Shown in pieces: positions 1 to 14,959 of a DNA stretch of 64,000 bases. Source of the DNA: Octopus bimaculoides. Taxonomy: Eukaryota. The notes below the pieces were generated by a model. It was not told where the DNA came from. It saw only the letters and a program-made list of their open reading frames with translations, and did not search any database. Numbering within the stretch: the first letter of the stretch is position 1; every line of letters starts with the position of its first letter. The DNA lies in contig NC_069002.1 in assembly GCF_001194135.2 (NCBI RefSeq), positions 4,049,535 to 4,113,534 on the forward strand. Direction: 5' to 3'. Made by a program: the position numbers and the translations under genes.

Positions 1-260
1 CAAGCTGTCCAACACATTCCAGCTTGGAAGGAGGACATCAAATGAGGATGATGATGATGATTATATGCTGTGACTTACTATCAATAAATAAATGCAGCAG
101 GGCCCAATGGATTGATTTTCCCCAGGACCTATAAATGTTGCTAAAACGGCCCTACCTATTGCTTCTCTGTCCCCACTCTTCATCATCATGACACCAGACC
201 ATCACCCCACATTAATTTCAGTCCTATGAATTCTGTTTGATTCCTCTGAAACCTGATAGT

Positions 261-295
<35 letters not shown>

Positions 296-297
296 AG

Positions 298-582
298 CTT
301 GATAAAGATCCTGACATCAGAATTGACAAATACTTTGTCATAGGAGATACGATGTCTTTGGAGGTAAGCATTTGACACCTTGTCTGTTTGTCTGTATGCC
401 TGCCTGAGTCATTGGAGATGTGTCTTAAGAGGTTTGTATCCATTCTTAGTTTGTCCATGTGAGTATTTGCGTCTGCGTGTATGTGTGTTTACACAGATAT
501 AGCTGTGTGGTTAAGAAGGTTGCTTTTGTGTTTTGGGTCCAGTCCCATTGAATGTCTTTCGTTGTGCTTACGCATGCGTGTG

Positions 583-640
<58 letters not shown>

Positions 641-1184
641 TATATACATACACATCTGAAAATGTGATATGTTTGTCCGTTAGCAGCCTTGATACATGTA
701 TGTGTGTGTCTCAGAAAAAGAGAGGTTACTATGTGTATAGTGTGTGTGTGTGTGTGTGTGTTCATGCAAGAGAGATTGTAGTTATGAGTGTAAAAACAAT
801 TATGCCAAAAACAAATTTTTTAAACTGATGATGACAGTCATATGACAGTAACAAGTTATGAATTATCAAATATCCAATTCTGTTGACAGGTGGCAAAGAA
901 GAAGAAGAAAAGTATGCCATATAATTTCCAACACAGATATTTCTTTGTCAGTAAGTATTTTTCACAGGTTTCATCTCTTTATCTCTTTTCCTTGTTTCAG
1001 TCATTGGACAGCAGCCACACCAGGACATTGTTCTGCTGGGTTTAGTTGAACAAATCGACCCCAGTACATATTTTTGCTCAAGTCTGGTCTTTATTCTGTC
1101 TCTTATGCCCACTAAGTCACAGGGATGTAAATGAACCAAGATTGGTTGTCAAGTAATGATGGGGGACAAGTATGCACATACACA

Positions 1185-1267
<83 letters not shown>

Positions 1268-2088
1268 ACACACATATATGTATGTATGTATACATGACAA
1301 ACTTTTTTCCATCTACCAAATGCACCCATAAGGCTTTGGTCAGCCCTGGGCTATAGCACAGACACTTGTGCAATATGTCACGCAGTGGGATTGAACCTGA
1401 AACCACGCCTGGCCAAGTCATTTGATTTTGCTCATCATTAGCAATGCCTTCTTGGTATTCTGGCAGAAAATGAAATCTCTTCAAAGCATTTCTTTTTGTT
1501 TTGTTTTGTTTTAAATCCATGAGGCAAACCTATAGTTTTAGGAAGTCCATGGTAGGGTGGGGGATTAATAGAGGTTATTATTATTATTAAGAAATTTGGC
1601 ATCGTGCCATTATTAATGAAGATTATGGTTTCTTGAGAATTGGCACAAAATGTAATTTCTTTTCTACGAGCTGAGGGAGGAGCCTCTACGAGATCACTCA
1701 GCCAACTAGAAATAGCTGGTAAATCTCCTTCAAAATACACTATACCATCTTAAATAAGAGAAGGACACATTAGATTCCACCAAAAGCAAAGTGTGTGGTC
1801 ATGGGTGGATTGCCTTTGATCAAAGGCTTGCTCAGTTGAGTTGCAGCTAAACTGCAACTGCATATGTTATTCTTTTATCTTTCACTTGTTTCAGTCACTG
1901 AACTGTGGCCATGCTGGGGCACCGCCTCGAACGGTTTTAGCTGAACAAATTGACCCCTTGTGCTTATTTTTAAAGTCTGGTACTTGTTCTATCTGTCTCT
2001 ATTGCTGAACCACTAAGTTAGGAGGGCATAAACTAACCGACACTGGTAGTCAAGTGGTGAGGTGGGACGCATGCACACACACACACGC

Positions 2089-2122
<34 letters not shown>

Positions 2123-2239
2123 CATCATCATCATCATCATCGTTTAACGTCCGCTTTCCATGCTAGCATGGGTTGGACGATTTGACTGAGGACTGGTGAA
2201 ACCGGATGGCAACACCAGGCTCCAGTCTGATTTGGCAGA

Positions 2240-2280
<41 letters not shown>

Positions 2281-2779
2281 CAGAGTTAGCGGTTATAGTA
2301 ACCGACTAAAGAATAAAATATCCATATGTATTATTGGTATCCATTACCTGTATTATGCATGGGCATTGGTGTGCAGGCACACTGCACACACAGAGTGCAG
2401 ATAACAACAGGATAAACAAGAGTTTATCAGGAACCAGTGCAAATAATTAGAAAAAGCTGAATGCATCCATTTACATGCTGTGCAAAACACAAAAGTGTAA
2501 AAAATACAAAATAAATGAAGAGTTTTTATCTGCTTTTCGACATGTGTGTGTGTGTATATGTGTGTATGTATGTATGTTAATGTGTGTAGAATTGAGGTAA
2601 AAATATCTGTTAGATCTTATTTCAAATATATTTCATTGTTTCCATTTGATTAAACTTGTTGTTGTTATAATTTCAGTTGGACCGCCCCTCCTGTTTCCTG
2701 TGTATTTCCAGTATGCACTTCTACACTACGCTATTTCAAGGAGAGCTTGGGCTGTATGTATTATTATTGCTTCTCTCTT

Positions 2780-2816
<37 letters not shown>

Positions 2817-5800
2817 TTATCTCCCTTCTCTTTTTCTTCTTCCTTCCCCTTTTCTCTCATCTATGCATAACAGAAACATGTTGAGATATGAATTATAAAG
2901 GTCTCTTTAGCTGGAGATTTAAAAGTTTGTCACATGTTTGAAATGTTGGATTTTCCACTCCCCTCAGCAACTTCACGGTACTCTTTTTATCAGTTTTACT
3001 GAATAATACAAGCCTTGGTGATGCAAACCAGCACCAGTCTCTGAGTCCATTTGATGATGATGATGATGATGTGTGTGTGTGTGTGTGTGTTCTTTATAAA
3101 CACATTTTCTTAAAGATTGTAATAACCCTTTCTTTCTTTTAAAGGACCTTGCTTGGATGGCAGCCTTTTTTATAAAGATTTTCTACCTTTATACTCCCTT
3201 TCTCGGATTCTGGGGAGTATTGGCATACTATTTTGTCGTCAGGTAAGCCTGCTTCTTCTATTTCACTTGCACAAGTCTTGCTGGTCTGGTAAGATGTTGA
3301 ATACCTTTCACTTAACATTTGTTTCAATTTACATCAAGGACATGTTTTTAACTAAACCTAGCCCTCCCATACACACACAAGTACACACAAAAGTCTGAAC
3401 TACAGTTAAAAGGATGCTTTGGAAAGGTGTTGCCATGCGCCTTGACTGCTTCTTCTTTTCATTGACCCTGATAGGATTGAAAGGCACCTTTGACCTCGAT
3501 GGAATTTGAACTCAAAACGTAAAGATGGGACAAGTGCCACTAAGCATTTTGTCCAGCGTGTCAACAATTCTGTTAGCTTACCACCAATGCCTGTCTCAAT
3601 AACAACACTAATAAGGCAGATGTTGTTGTCTGGCCAAGGAAAGGCACCTAGTTTCGCTCTCTCTGGTTGGCCTTCCTGACAAAAACAAAAGAACAGGTTC
3701 TGCTCCTTGTACTTTACAGCAATTGAATTATTAGCAGAACTGAAAGCTAAGGGCCTTGGGCATATTTCACTGAGCCATAAATTAGTTGTTACAACAATTC
3801 AACCTTGATGGTTTTAACAATTAAGAAAGGAAAGAATTTTTAAAATCATGAATGTAGATGAGGATAATAATGATGGCATGTCCTCTTCCTTTTATCTCCC
3901 CCACCACTTCTTCCTTTTCTTTTCTTTTCCCACCTCTGCCTCTTCTACCTCTTTCCACCACAACCTTCTCCCCCCACCATTACATTTGTTCTGTCTGTCC
4001 CAATCTGGTGTTGTTTTATAAAAGAGTTTTTCTTATCTCTCTTTATTTCTATATTTCTGACTAAATATTTTGATATTTTTTTTATTCTGAATTAAATCTT
4101 TTTAAAGTTTGTCTTCGAGATGTATCGACTGTAATGTTCTTTTCTCTTCTTCTGTCTTCAGGTGTGTTGAAAGTCACTGGTTTACCTGGGTCAGTCAGTC
4201 TAACCATATTCCAATGGATGTAGAACATGATACAGCCCAACCCTGGCTTGCCTTGCAACTCCATGCGACCTGTGATATTGAGAAGTCATTTTTCAATGAT
4301 TGGTTTACTGGACATCTTAATTTCCAAATCGAACACCAGTAATTATTATAAATTATGACTAATTATTGATTGCGGATTCATTAGCAAGCTGGACAAAATG
4401 CACGGTGGCGAGCTAGCAGAATTTTTAGCATGCTGGACAAAACGCGTAATGGTATTTTGTCTGTCTGTATGTTCTGTGTTTAAATGCCACTGAGGTCAAC
4501 TTTACCTTTCATCCTTTTGGGGTCTATAAAGTAAGTACCAGTCATGTACTGGTGTCAGTTAATCAACTTCTTCCTCTCTCCCAAAAACTGCTGGCCACTA
4601 AGCATTTTGTCTGGCATGCTAACGTTTCTACCAGTTCACCACCTTGATCATCATCATCGTTTAATGTCTGCTTTCCGTGCTGGCATGAGTTGGACGGCTT
4701 GACATTGAGCTGGCTAACTGGGAGCTGTCCAGACACCAATTGCCTGGTTTCTGCAGCTGGATACCCTTCCTAATGCCAACCACTCAACAGTGTGCTGGGT
4801 GCCTTTTACATGCAACTGGCACAAGTGCATTTAAGCAGAACCGGCATGAGTGCAATCCTGCAGCACCGACACAGGTGCTTTCTATGTGGCACTGGCACCT
4901 GAAAGGACAAGCCTGTATGTGAAGGACAGTGATACTGCTTGGCTTGGTGTGTCTTGATAATAATAATAATAATTCTTTCTAATTTTGGCTCATGCTGAGT
5001 AAGTTTGAGGAGAGGGCTTGGTTGATTATATTGGCTCCAGTGGTACTTATTTTATCGACTCTCAAAAAGTGAAAAGTAGAGATGACCTTGGCTCAATTTG
5101 AACTCAGAACACAAAACCAGAAGAAATGCCACTAAGCATTTTATTTTGTCCACTAAATCTGAAATGAAACCAAAATGCTAACATTTTTCTCATTGTTCTC
5201 TGTTTTTCAGCTTGTTTCCTACAATGCCACGGCACAATCTCTACAAGATTGCACCATATGTGAAATCATTGTGTGAAAAACATGGTATAAGATACGAAGT
5301 AAAACCCCTGGGGAAAGCATTTGTTGATGTTGTACGGTGAGTTTTTGCTCTTTCTCAGCTGTATTTTTTTTTCTTTTGTGAACCTGTTATTGCTGTCCTT
5401 TCTGTGTGTGTGGGTCTACTACCCCCTTACTAAGATTAAATGATATACAGGTGTGTATAAATATTTCGTTGTATACTCAAATAGACTGATAAAACACTTC
5501 TCATTCTTCTGACATCCCACTACTTCACAATAATGATAATGAAGACACATGACTCAGTGGTTGGAGCATCAGACTCAATCAAGAGATAGTGAGTTTGATT
5601 CCTGGATCGGGCTGTGTGTTGTGTTCTTGAGCAAGACACTTTATTTCATGTTGTTCCAGTTCACTCAGCTGCAGAAATGAGTTGCGATGCCACTGGTGCC
5701 AAGCTGTATCGGCCCCTTTGCCTTTCCCTTGGATAACATTGATGGCGTGGAGGGGCGGGGCTTGTATGCATGGATGACTGCTGATCTTCCATAAAAAGAA

Positions 5801-6936
5801 CCTTGCTTAGACTTGTACTTTTGAGGGGGACTTCTTAGATGCAATCCCATAGCCCTTTTTGGCCGAAGGGGATCTTCACCTTTTACTTGTTTCATTCATT
5901 AGACTGCGACCATGGTGGGGCTCCGTCTTGAAAAATATTTTTAGTTGAATGAATCTACTCTAGTACATTAATGTTGGTCCAAACACCAACTTGATAACAA
6001 GGTTATTTTACCAAATTCTTCATTTTCTTTCAAAATTAGTTGAAATAAAGATACTGCCAATTAGAAGAATCTTCAAATATTTAAAGAACCCTAGTTATGT
6101 ACCTTGCTTAAAGAGACATAACTCAATGCTATTACCGAAGTTTATTCCTTCTCCAGTGAAGTAAAATTCATTATGAACGCATTATCTTCTTTAACCTTTT
6201 CATAGACTCATAACCCAGAGAACATAGAGTACAAGTACATAATGGCACAAATTTTACAAAAAAAAAACAAAAAAATTGATGTAAAAATGATTGCTTTGAT
6301 ACATATATAAGTCAGTAAATAGTGGGGTTGTGTTAACCGCACGTGGAGAAATAATAGGAAAATGAAAAATAAGGCAGAATGCTAAACTGGAAGCATATTT
6401 TAATAGATAATGGTTGGAAAAATAAGGATGCATGAGAATGGAGAGTTGTGTTAGGTTTAAAAAAAGGGTTAAAAGTTTGTGTTAAGCAGGAAGTGTGGTG
6501 TCAAAACAGGAAGTGTGTGTAAGGGGAGACAAATGTTTTTAGTTGGAGTTANNNNNNNNNNNNNNNNNNNNNNNNNNNNNNNNNNNNNNNNNNNNNNNNN
6601 NNNNNNNNNNNNNNNNNNNNNNNNNNNNNNNNNNNNNNNNNNNNNNNNNNNNNNNNNNNNNNNNNNNNNNNNNNNNNNNNNNNNNNNNNNNNNNNNNNNN
6701 NNNNNNNNNNNNNNNNNNNNNNNNNNNNNNNNNNNNNNNNNNNNNNNNNNNNNNNNNNNNNNNNNNNNNNNNNNNNNNNNNNNNNNNNNNNNNNNNNNNN
6801 NNNNNNNNNNNNNNNNNNNNNNNNNNNNNNNNNNNNNNNNNNNNNNNNNNNNNNNNNNNNNNNNNNNNNNNNNNNNNNNNNNNNNNNNNNNNNNNNNNNN
6901 NNNNNNNNNNNNNNNNNNNNNNNNNNNNNNNNNNNN

Positions 6937-6978
<42 letters not shown>

Positions 6979-7120
6979 TGTGGTGTGTGTGTGTGTGTGT
7001 GTATATGAATATATATTTTTTTTATTGTATTCTATTTTTTATTTTATTTGTTATTTCAGGACCTTGAAACATTCCGGAGAGATCTGGTATGCAGCATATC
7101 AAGCACATCATATGTTATAG
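298..7120 (+). CDS. FADS: Front-end fatty acyl desaturase (FADS1/FADS2-like, delta-5/delta-6 family), 3' half; 5' exons lie upstream of the window
   Basis: Seven exons with GT-AG sites and consistent phase: 298-363, 890-950, 2677-2753, 3145-3242, 4162-4338, 5211-5336, 7060-7120 (TAG stop); 666 nt. Translation: [130 protein letters not shown]. This contains the third His box (QIEHH) and follows the vertebrate FADS2 C-terminus as recalled. Regiospecificity cannot be called from this half. Confidence 0.96.
5541..5880 (+). mobile_element. tRNA-derived SINE (family C here)
   Basis: A-box-like GACTCAGTGGTTGGAG and B-box-like GAGTTTGATTCC, then GTGTTCTTGAGCAAGACACTTTATTTCA core. Related copies at ~17993-18297, ~39106-39402, ~12090-12350, ~31925-32350 and ~22990-23210 (minus). 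Confidence 0.8.
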
Positions 7121-7418
7121 AAAATATCCATATTCATAAATATATATATGTATACATGTGTGTGTGTGTATATATCTATATATACATATATTTATATGCA
7201 TGCATGTATGTATGTATGTATATATATATTCATTCATATATATATATATATATATGAATATATATATACGTATATACACATATATATACATAGATACATA
7301 TATATACATACATTCATATATATATACATATATATCTATACATATATAAAGCAAGAACATAAAACAGCACAAGTGAACAAGACATTAAAAAAAGACAAAG
7401 AAACAATGAAAAGGAAAG

Positions 7419-7449
<31 letters not shown>

Positions 7450-7666
7450 TATATATATAAACAACAATATAATGAAACAGCGAAACCAAAAGAAGTTTGG
7501 GGAGGGGGAGGGGAAAAGAAGACTTGAAACTACAAGAGAAATCCCAAGGAACCAGAATAACAACCAAAATCTTCAAGATTACTGCTGCCATGGGACATAG
7601 AAAGCAGTTTGTCTTTGAGTGTTTTTTTTTTCCTTTGTGTTTCTTCTTTTTTTTTTTAAACAGCAG

Positions 7667-7707
<41 letters not shown>

Positions 7708-7709
<2 letters not shown>

Positions 7710-7950
7710 GCAAAGGGACAAGATGGATGAATCATTGGCATGCTGGGCAAAATGCTTGGCGGCATTTCGTCCGTCTTTGCATTCTGGGTTCAAGTTCCTG
7801 TTGGGGTTGGCTTTATCCTGTCATCATTTCGGGGGTTGATAAAATAAGTACCAGTTGAATACTGGGGGTCAATGTAATCGACTTGCCCCTACGCCGAAAT
7901 TGCTGGCCTTGTGCCAAAATTGGAAATCATCATCATCCTTATTATTATTA

Positions 7951-8009
<59 letters not shown>

Positions 8010-9120
8010 GTTAAGACAGCAAGCTGGCAGACTCGTTGCTGGACAAAATGCTTAGCACCGTTTTGTTTGTCTTTACGTTCTGAGTTCAAATTCCACCAAG
8101 GTTGACTTTTGCCTTTCATCCTTTCAGGGTTGATAAAACAAGTACCAGTTGAACACTGGGGGTCGATCTAATCGACTAGTACCCTCCCCTGAAATTACCG
8201 GCCTTGTGCCTATAGTAGAAAGAAATATTGTGGATGACTGGCAGAATTGTTAGAGTGTCATAAACTAAAAAAAAAAAATAGAAAGAAAAAAAAAAAAGCC
8301 TTGCGGTATTTCTCTTGATATTTTATGGCTAGAGTTCAAATCTCAGTGAGGTCAGTTCTTCACTGGTACATTATTTTAATGATCCCCAAGAGGACAAATG
8401 GCTGGCCTTGTGCCTAAATTGGAAGCAATTTTTGTTATCAGCAAGATCACAAGAGCATCAGATTAAGTACTTGGCAGTATTTTTCTCTGGCTCTTTATGT
8501 TCTGAGTTCAAATCTGCCCCAGGACAACTTTCACTTTCATTCCTCTGAGGTTGAAAAAGAAAAAGTACCAGTGAAATATTTGGGCCAATGATATCAACTA
8601 GCACCCCCCACCCCCCGCCATCAAAATTGTTGGCCTTGTCCCCTTGTCCCCTATGTAAGAATGCTTAGTGGAATTTCATCTATCTTTACATTCTGAGTTC
8701 AAATTCTGCTACAGTTGACTCTGCCTTTCAGGTTTGATGATATAGATACCAGTTAAACACTGAGGGGGTCAGTGTAATTCACTTGCCCCTCCCAACAAAA
8801 TTTCAGGCCTTGTACTTTTAGTACAAAGGATTACAAGGTGGTGAGCTGGCAGAATCATCCCCACGCTGGACAAAATGTTTAGCAACCTTTATCCGGTCTT
8901 TGGTCTTTATGTTCTGAATTCAAATTCTGGCAAGGTTGACTTGACCTTTCATTCTTTTGGGTTTGTCAAAAAAAAAAAAACATACCAGCTGAGCAATGGG
9001 GGTTGACAAAATAAATATCAGTTAAGCACTGGGGGTGGAGGTCGATGTTATCATCTAGCTCCTTTCCCCAAATTTCAGGCCCTGTACCTATTGTAGAAAG
9101 AATTATTCTTATTATTATTA

Positions 9121-9164
<44 letters not shown>

Positions 9165-9861
9165 GCAGAATCATTAGTGTTGGATGAAATGCTAAGTGGC
9201 ATTTCTTCCAGCCCTTTACATTCTGAGTGTTCAAATCCTGCCAGGGTCATCTCTGCTTTTCATCCTTTTCGAGGTCAGTAAAAAATAAAGTACCAGTCAC
9301 GTACTGGGGTCGATGGTATTGACTGAACCCCCCCCCCCCTTCCCTTTCAAGGTTGCTGACCTTTTGCCAAAATGAGAAACAATTGTAACAATGGTGGTAG
9401 ATATGGCAGAATTGGTGAGAGTATCAAAAACAAAATGTGTTTGTGGTATTTAATGACATCTGTTGGCATGTTTTGAGTTCAAATCCTGCTGAGGGAGTGA
9501 TAGAATTTAAGTACGGTTCAAGTCCTGGGATTAATATGATTAACTTTACCCCACCACACATACAACACACCTCAAAATATACATTTCTGGCCTTGATTTA
9601 TGTAAGAAGTTATTATTATTATTATCATTATTATTATTGTCCTTAACTGACAGAATTGTTACTGTGCCGGGAAAAATGCTTAGCAGCATTTCTTTCGACT
9701 CTTTATGTCCTGAGTTCAAATACCACCAGGGTCCACTTTGCCTTTCATCCTTTCTGGGTCGATAAATTAAGTACCAGTTGAATACTGGGGTCAACGTAAT
9801 TGACTTATCCTATCCCCCAATCTTCCTGGCCTTGTGTTAAAATTTGAAATCATCATCATCA

Positions 9862-9896
<35 letters not shown>

Positions 9897-10095
9897 GAGA
9901 CCCTCAGTTAGCAGAATCGTTAAAGCGCTAGAAAAATGCTTTGCAGTATTTTTTTCCTGGATCGTCATGTTCTGATTTCATCCCTCTGGGGTCAATACAT
10001 AGCAGTACCAGTTAAATACTGGTGTCAAATATATCAACCAAACCCCGCTTCTCCAAATTTCTGGCCTTGTGCTTTTTAAGAAATTATTATTATTA

Positions 10096-10136
<41 letters not shown>

Positions 10137-11235
10137 GGCAGTGAGCTGGGGGAGTCGTTACCACACCAAACAAAATGCTTGGTGTAGCATTTCACCTGGC
10201 TCTTTATGCTGTGTGTTCAAACCGCACTAAGGTCGACTTTGCCTTTCATCCTTTCAGCGTCGATAAAACAAGTACCAGTCAAGTACTGGGGGTCGATGTG
10301 ATTGATTCTCCCCCTCCCCACAAAAAATCCAGGCCTTGTGCTTATAATAGAAAGGATTATTATTATTATTATTACGGTGGCTAGCTGGTAGAATTGTTAC
10401 CATGTCAGACAAAACAGCAACATTTCTTCCCATTCTTTTACGTTGTGAGTTCAAATCCCGCTGAGGTCAACTTTGCCTTTCATGCTTTTGGAGCTGGTAA
10501 AATGTGTACCAGTTGTGCACTGGGATCAATGTAACAGATAGGCTCCCCCTCCCCACACAATTTGAGGCCTTGTGCCTATAATTTAATGAATTATTATTAT
10601 TATTTATCTGGTATGACATATTGGCAAAATGTCTCATTTAAAGCTGTCTCCATTGAATTATATATCTTTTGAGTTCATGTCTCTCGGGGTGGGGGAGGTT
10701 GACTTTGTGGCTTTGACAGAATGATTAACCAGTTATATATTGCGGGAAGAAGGGTGGGTTGGGTGGTGGTGGTGTAAACAGTTAATGTAACTAATTGTAT
10801 GTGAAATGCAAATACACATTGCTAATACTACCACCACCACCATCACTACTACTACTACTACTACGGAAGACTGATGGATTGGCAAAATTGGTAGGGCATT
10901 GCTCTGCCCCATCTCTTGTGTATTTAGTTACGTCCTTTTGCATTCTGTCTTCATATCTATCTGTGGTCAAATTGGCCTTTTGTCCATCTGGTGGGGGTCA
11001 GTCAAATAAGTACAGCGCAAGTCCTGGGTCAAAGTAGCTGATGAATGTTTACCCTCAAACTTTTGTCACTGTACCTCTGGTGGAAAACAATTAGTGTTAT
11101 CATTATTATGAAGGTGGTTAGCACACGAGACAAAATACTTAGTGGTATTTGTCCATCCTTATGTTCTGAGTTCAAATTCTGCCAAGGTTTACTTTGCCTT
11201 TCATCCTTTTGGGGGTTGATAAATTAAGTATCACT
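7708..11235 (+). mobile_element. Head-to-tail array of about 14-15 tRNA-derived SINE copies (called family A here)
   Basis: Repeated ~200-bp unit: GGTGAGCTGGCAGAAT (A-box-like)..AAATGCTTAG..TTCTGAGTTCAAATT (B-box-like)..GGTCGACTTTGCCTTTCATCCTTT..TAAGTACCAGT..ACTGGGG..GGCCTTGTGCC..GAAA, followed by (ATT)n. All copies on +, each diverged and some truncated. Family name not verified. Confidence 0.9.
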
Positions 11236-13769
11236 TGAACACTGAACATACATATATATATATATACATACATACATACATACATATATATATATATGTA
11301 TATATGTATGCATGTATATATATACACAGGAAATCAACCATGCTGTATTTTTTAACTAATTATACATGTGGTTATTTTCACATAAGCATACAGTCTTACT
11401 TAATATGTGGCCTCATGCCAAAGTTAGAAATATATATATTTGGTTATTTTATCTCTGCCCCCTCTTCCTCCTGTCACTTATTTTACATTAACCCTCATCC
11501 TAATAATGAACAATTTTTTAAAGGTTCCTCTCCTAAAAAGAAAAAATGATTAAATAATATAAAATAAATAACAAGAAAATAGTGAAAAGTCTCTAAAATG
11601 AGAAAAGTAATATAATTCTAATAATGATTCTATACTGATAAAAGGAAAAAATTATATTACACACACACATACTATATATACATATATATATAGTACAAGT
11701 GCTTATTTATTTTATTTGATATTGAATTTTATATTTTTTCTTGTATATCTGTGTGTGTGTTAATGAAGATATGTGATACCTTATTTTTCATTGAAAAGTT
11801 CTCTCACTAACGGCAGACTACCATGCCTTTTATTTTACTACTACTACTACTACTACTAGATTGTGTGTGTGTGTGTCTGTGACAGGTGTTTTAGAACGGA
11901 GAATTAAATATCGAATCTGGTACATTCCTAGGGTGAGATGACTCTGTCACTCTTTCTTTATAGATCAAGGGAAGTAATTTTTATTTACTAACGATGCTAA
12001 TCTCTCTTCTCAAATTTAAAAACGGGAAATATAAATGTGACCATCTGCTTAATGAAGCGACAATTTGTTATTACTGTTAGCAGGGTAGTCAGAGTGTGTG
12101 GCCTTGTAGTTAGGGTGTTGCACTCACAATTACATGTTCACAGTTTCAGTTCCACGACTGGACTGTGCATTATGTTCTTGAGCAAATGACCTCATTTGCT
12201 GTTGCTCCAGTCCACTCGACTGTAAAGGAATTCCAACAAAAGCAGGGAAGTTAGCCCTGCGATGGACGAGAATCCTGTCCAGCAGTAGCAGTTTCATGTC
12301 ATATGCCATGGAAACAGGCTAAAGCTTAGGCTTTACGAGCCTTAGGGCTCTTGACAGACCTACATTCTGGGTCTTTCATTAAATGAAGGGATTATCAGGC
12401 AATGGCCCTTTTTATGATTGCTTAAAATGCTTGGTGATATCTGTTCCCAGTTCTTAGAGGTGGTGAACTGGCAGAATCTTTAGCACACCAGTTCTGAGGT
12501 CAACTTTGACTTTCATCCCTTTCTGGTACCAGTGGAACATTGGGGTTTGATGTAATTGTCTTACCTGCTGCCCCCAAAATTGCTGGCCTTTATATGAAAC
12601 CAATATTTATTCCAGCTCTTTAGGTTCTGAGCTCAAATTCCACCCTCCCTCTTCCTCTCTGATGGGGTAGATAGAATAAAGTACCACTCAAAACTGGGGG
12701 TTGGTATAACTGAGTAGAGTCCAGTTTTTTCTCGTAAGGATGTGGGGCTGTGAAGATTGAAAAAAGGGGACAGACAAATTGCTATGTTTAACCTAATTTA
12801 AGAAAGTTTTAAAGTTTATAAACTTGCCTAACACTGTGACAAAGAAGAAGAATTATATAAATACAAACTCTATTTTATTTTCTCATTAAGAAGGGAGAAG
12901 GCTTGCGCCTAAAAGATTTCAGTGTTATTTTTCATGGGCTGGTGTTTGTTAACTTGAGAAGCACGATTGCAGCCCTTCCCATCAAAATTTGTGGCCTTAT
13001 ATCTATGTTAGAAATTATTATTTAAGGCAATAGACTGGTGAAATAAGTTGAGCAGTAGAAGACAAGATCATTCCAAGGTTGATTTCACAGTTAATTGTTT
13101 CAGGGTTCAATCGAATGATGTAACAGTCAGGTTTGTACAGCAGGGCTGTATTCAACCAACTACTCACCTCCTACTAGATCTGAAGCCTTGTGCTTAAATA
13201 AGAATATACAGTAGTGGTAACAGATCGGTGAGGGAGGCTTCTATGTCGGTGTTTGACATGCTAGAAATAGCAGCCAAATCTTTACCCGTTTTGAAAACGT
13301 TAAAAAGAAAAACAATGACATAGTCCTGAATATACTGCCTGAAAAAATAGAATGATCATGGCTAGACTGTCATCCATTATAAATCTACTACTACTCATTT
13401 GGAGCTTGCCTATGGCTAAACAACGAGATAAATACCCGGTGAACCATGTTCACAACTCTGTTTTCTTATCCCAGTTGAAGTTAATTCACTTCACTTAAAC
13501 CACTAATACCATTGAGGAAGGCAATGTCACTACCCTCTTCCCTTATAATATATATATATATTACGGCCCTTGTCCGGAGTAAAACCATCACCATTAGAAT
13601 GTAGTATATTTTTTTTCCTGTGATCATTGCAGAATTATATAACTTTATTTTTGGACCTCATCATCTTCTCCATCTCTTCTTCTTATCTCAATCTCTCCTT
13701 TCCTCTCTCTATTCCACACTGGCTCACTCTATCTCTCCCCCTCTCTCACTATGTGTTTTGCTCTGTCTC

Positions 13770-13990
<221 letters not shown>

Positions 13991-14193
13991 CTTTTTATTA
14001 ATTTTCTTACTTTGTAAACTATTTTTTCTTTAACAATTACAAACTTCAATTTCTTTTGTTTTAATATAATTTATTAAAAAGAAATATTTTCTGTCATTTT
14101 TATACTTATTTTTCCTGCATTTCAAATACAACTTTTTTTAATTTCCATTTAGACCTCTGCACCCAATTATGCATGCACTAACACCCATCCATG

Positions 14194-14233
<40 letters not shown>

Positions 14234-14641
14234 CTGCTTCTACCTGCATATACACATGTATGTAGAAGTAGCACTTGTTATCAGAAATTTTCAAGTATGA
14301 TATGACTTATCTAATTTAAGAAGTCTTTAACATTCAGATATTACAACAGGTAAGCTTTCAACCTAGGTATGACATCAATGTATCACAAGGATTTTGTACA
14401 TCAGGGAGGATTTTTAGCTCAGATGGCTTCGTGTGGGTTTTGTACTGTTTACTGTAACAGGCTTGACCAACCACCATAACTATTTGGCCAAAGAGATGAA
14501 AATTTGAATTAACAGCTTTAAAGGAATTAAGTTCAGATCTGAAGATTAAGAATCAGTCTTTCTATTGTGATCATGCTATTTCAGTAATCTACATGCTTCA
14601 GCTAAACAAATTAGGAAACTGTGTGAGTATGTATGTATATA

Positions 14642-14687
<46 letters not shown>

Positions 14688-14959
14688 TGTATATATGTAT
14701 GAATATATACTATGTATACACACACCCATCATCATCATCATCATCATCGTTTAGCATGGAAAGCGGACGTTAAACGATGATGATGATGATGATGATGATG
14801 GGTGTGTGTATGTATATATGTGTGTGTGCATATGTATATATATATATATATAGCACAGAAACAGATATATATATATATATATTGTCTGTCCTTGTTTGTC
14901 CCCGCTATGTTTAGCCCCTTGTGGGCAATAAAGAAATAAGAAATAAGAAACAGATATAT

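Noticed and set aside
481-1520. ORFs rich in HT, CV, YI, poly-I, poly-L or poly-Y here and throughout the window
   Set aside because: Translations of (CA)n, (TA)n and (ATT)n microsatellites; several lie in introns of the real genes.
5541-5620. tRNA-like A and B boxes (also ~17993, ~30309, ~39106)
   Set aside because: No complete cloverleaf; each continues into a shared SINE body.
7708-11235. Regular repeat-spacer look suggestive of a CRISPR array
   Set aside because: Units are ~200-bp diverged SINEs with microsatellite tails in a eukaryotic intron-exon context; no short identical repeats and no cas genes.
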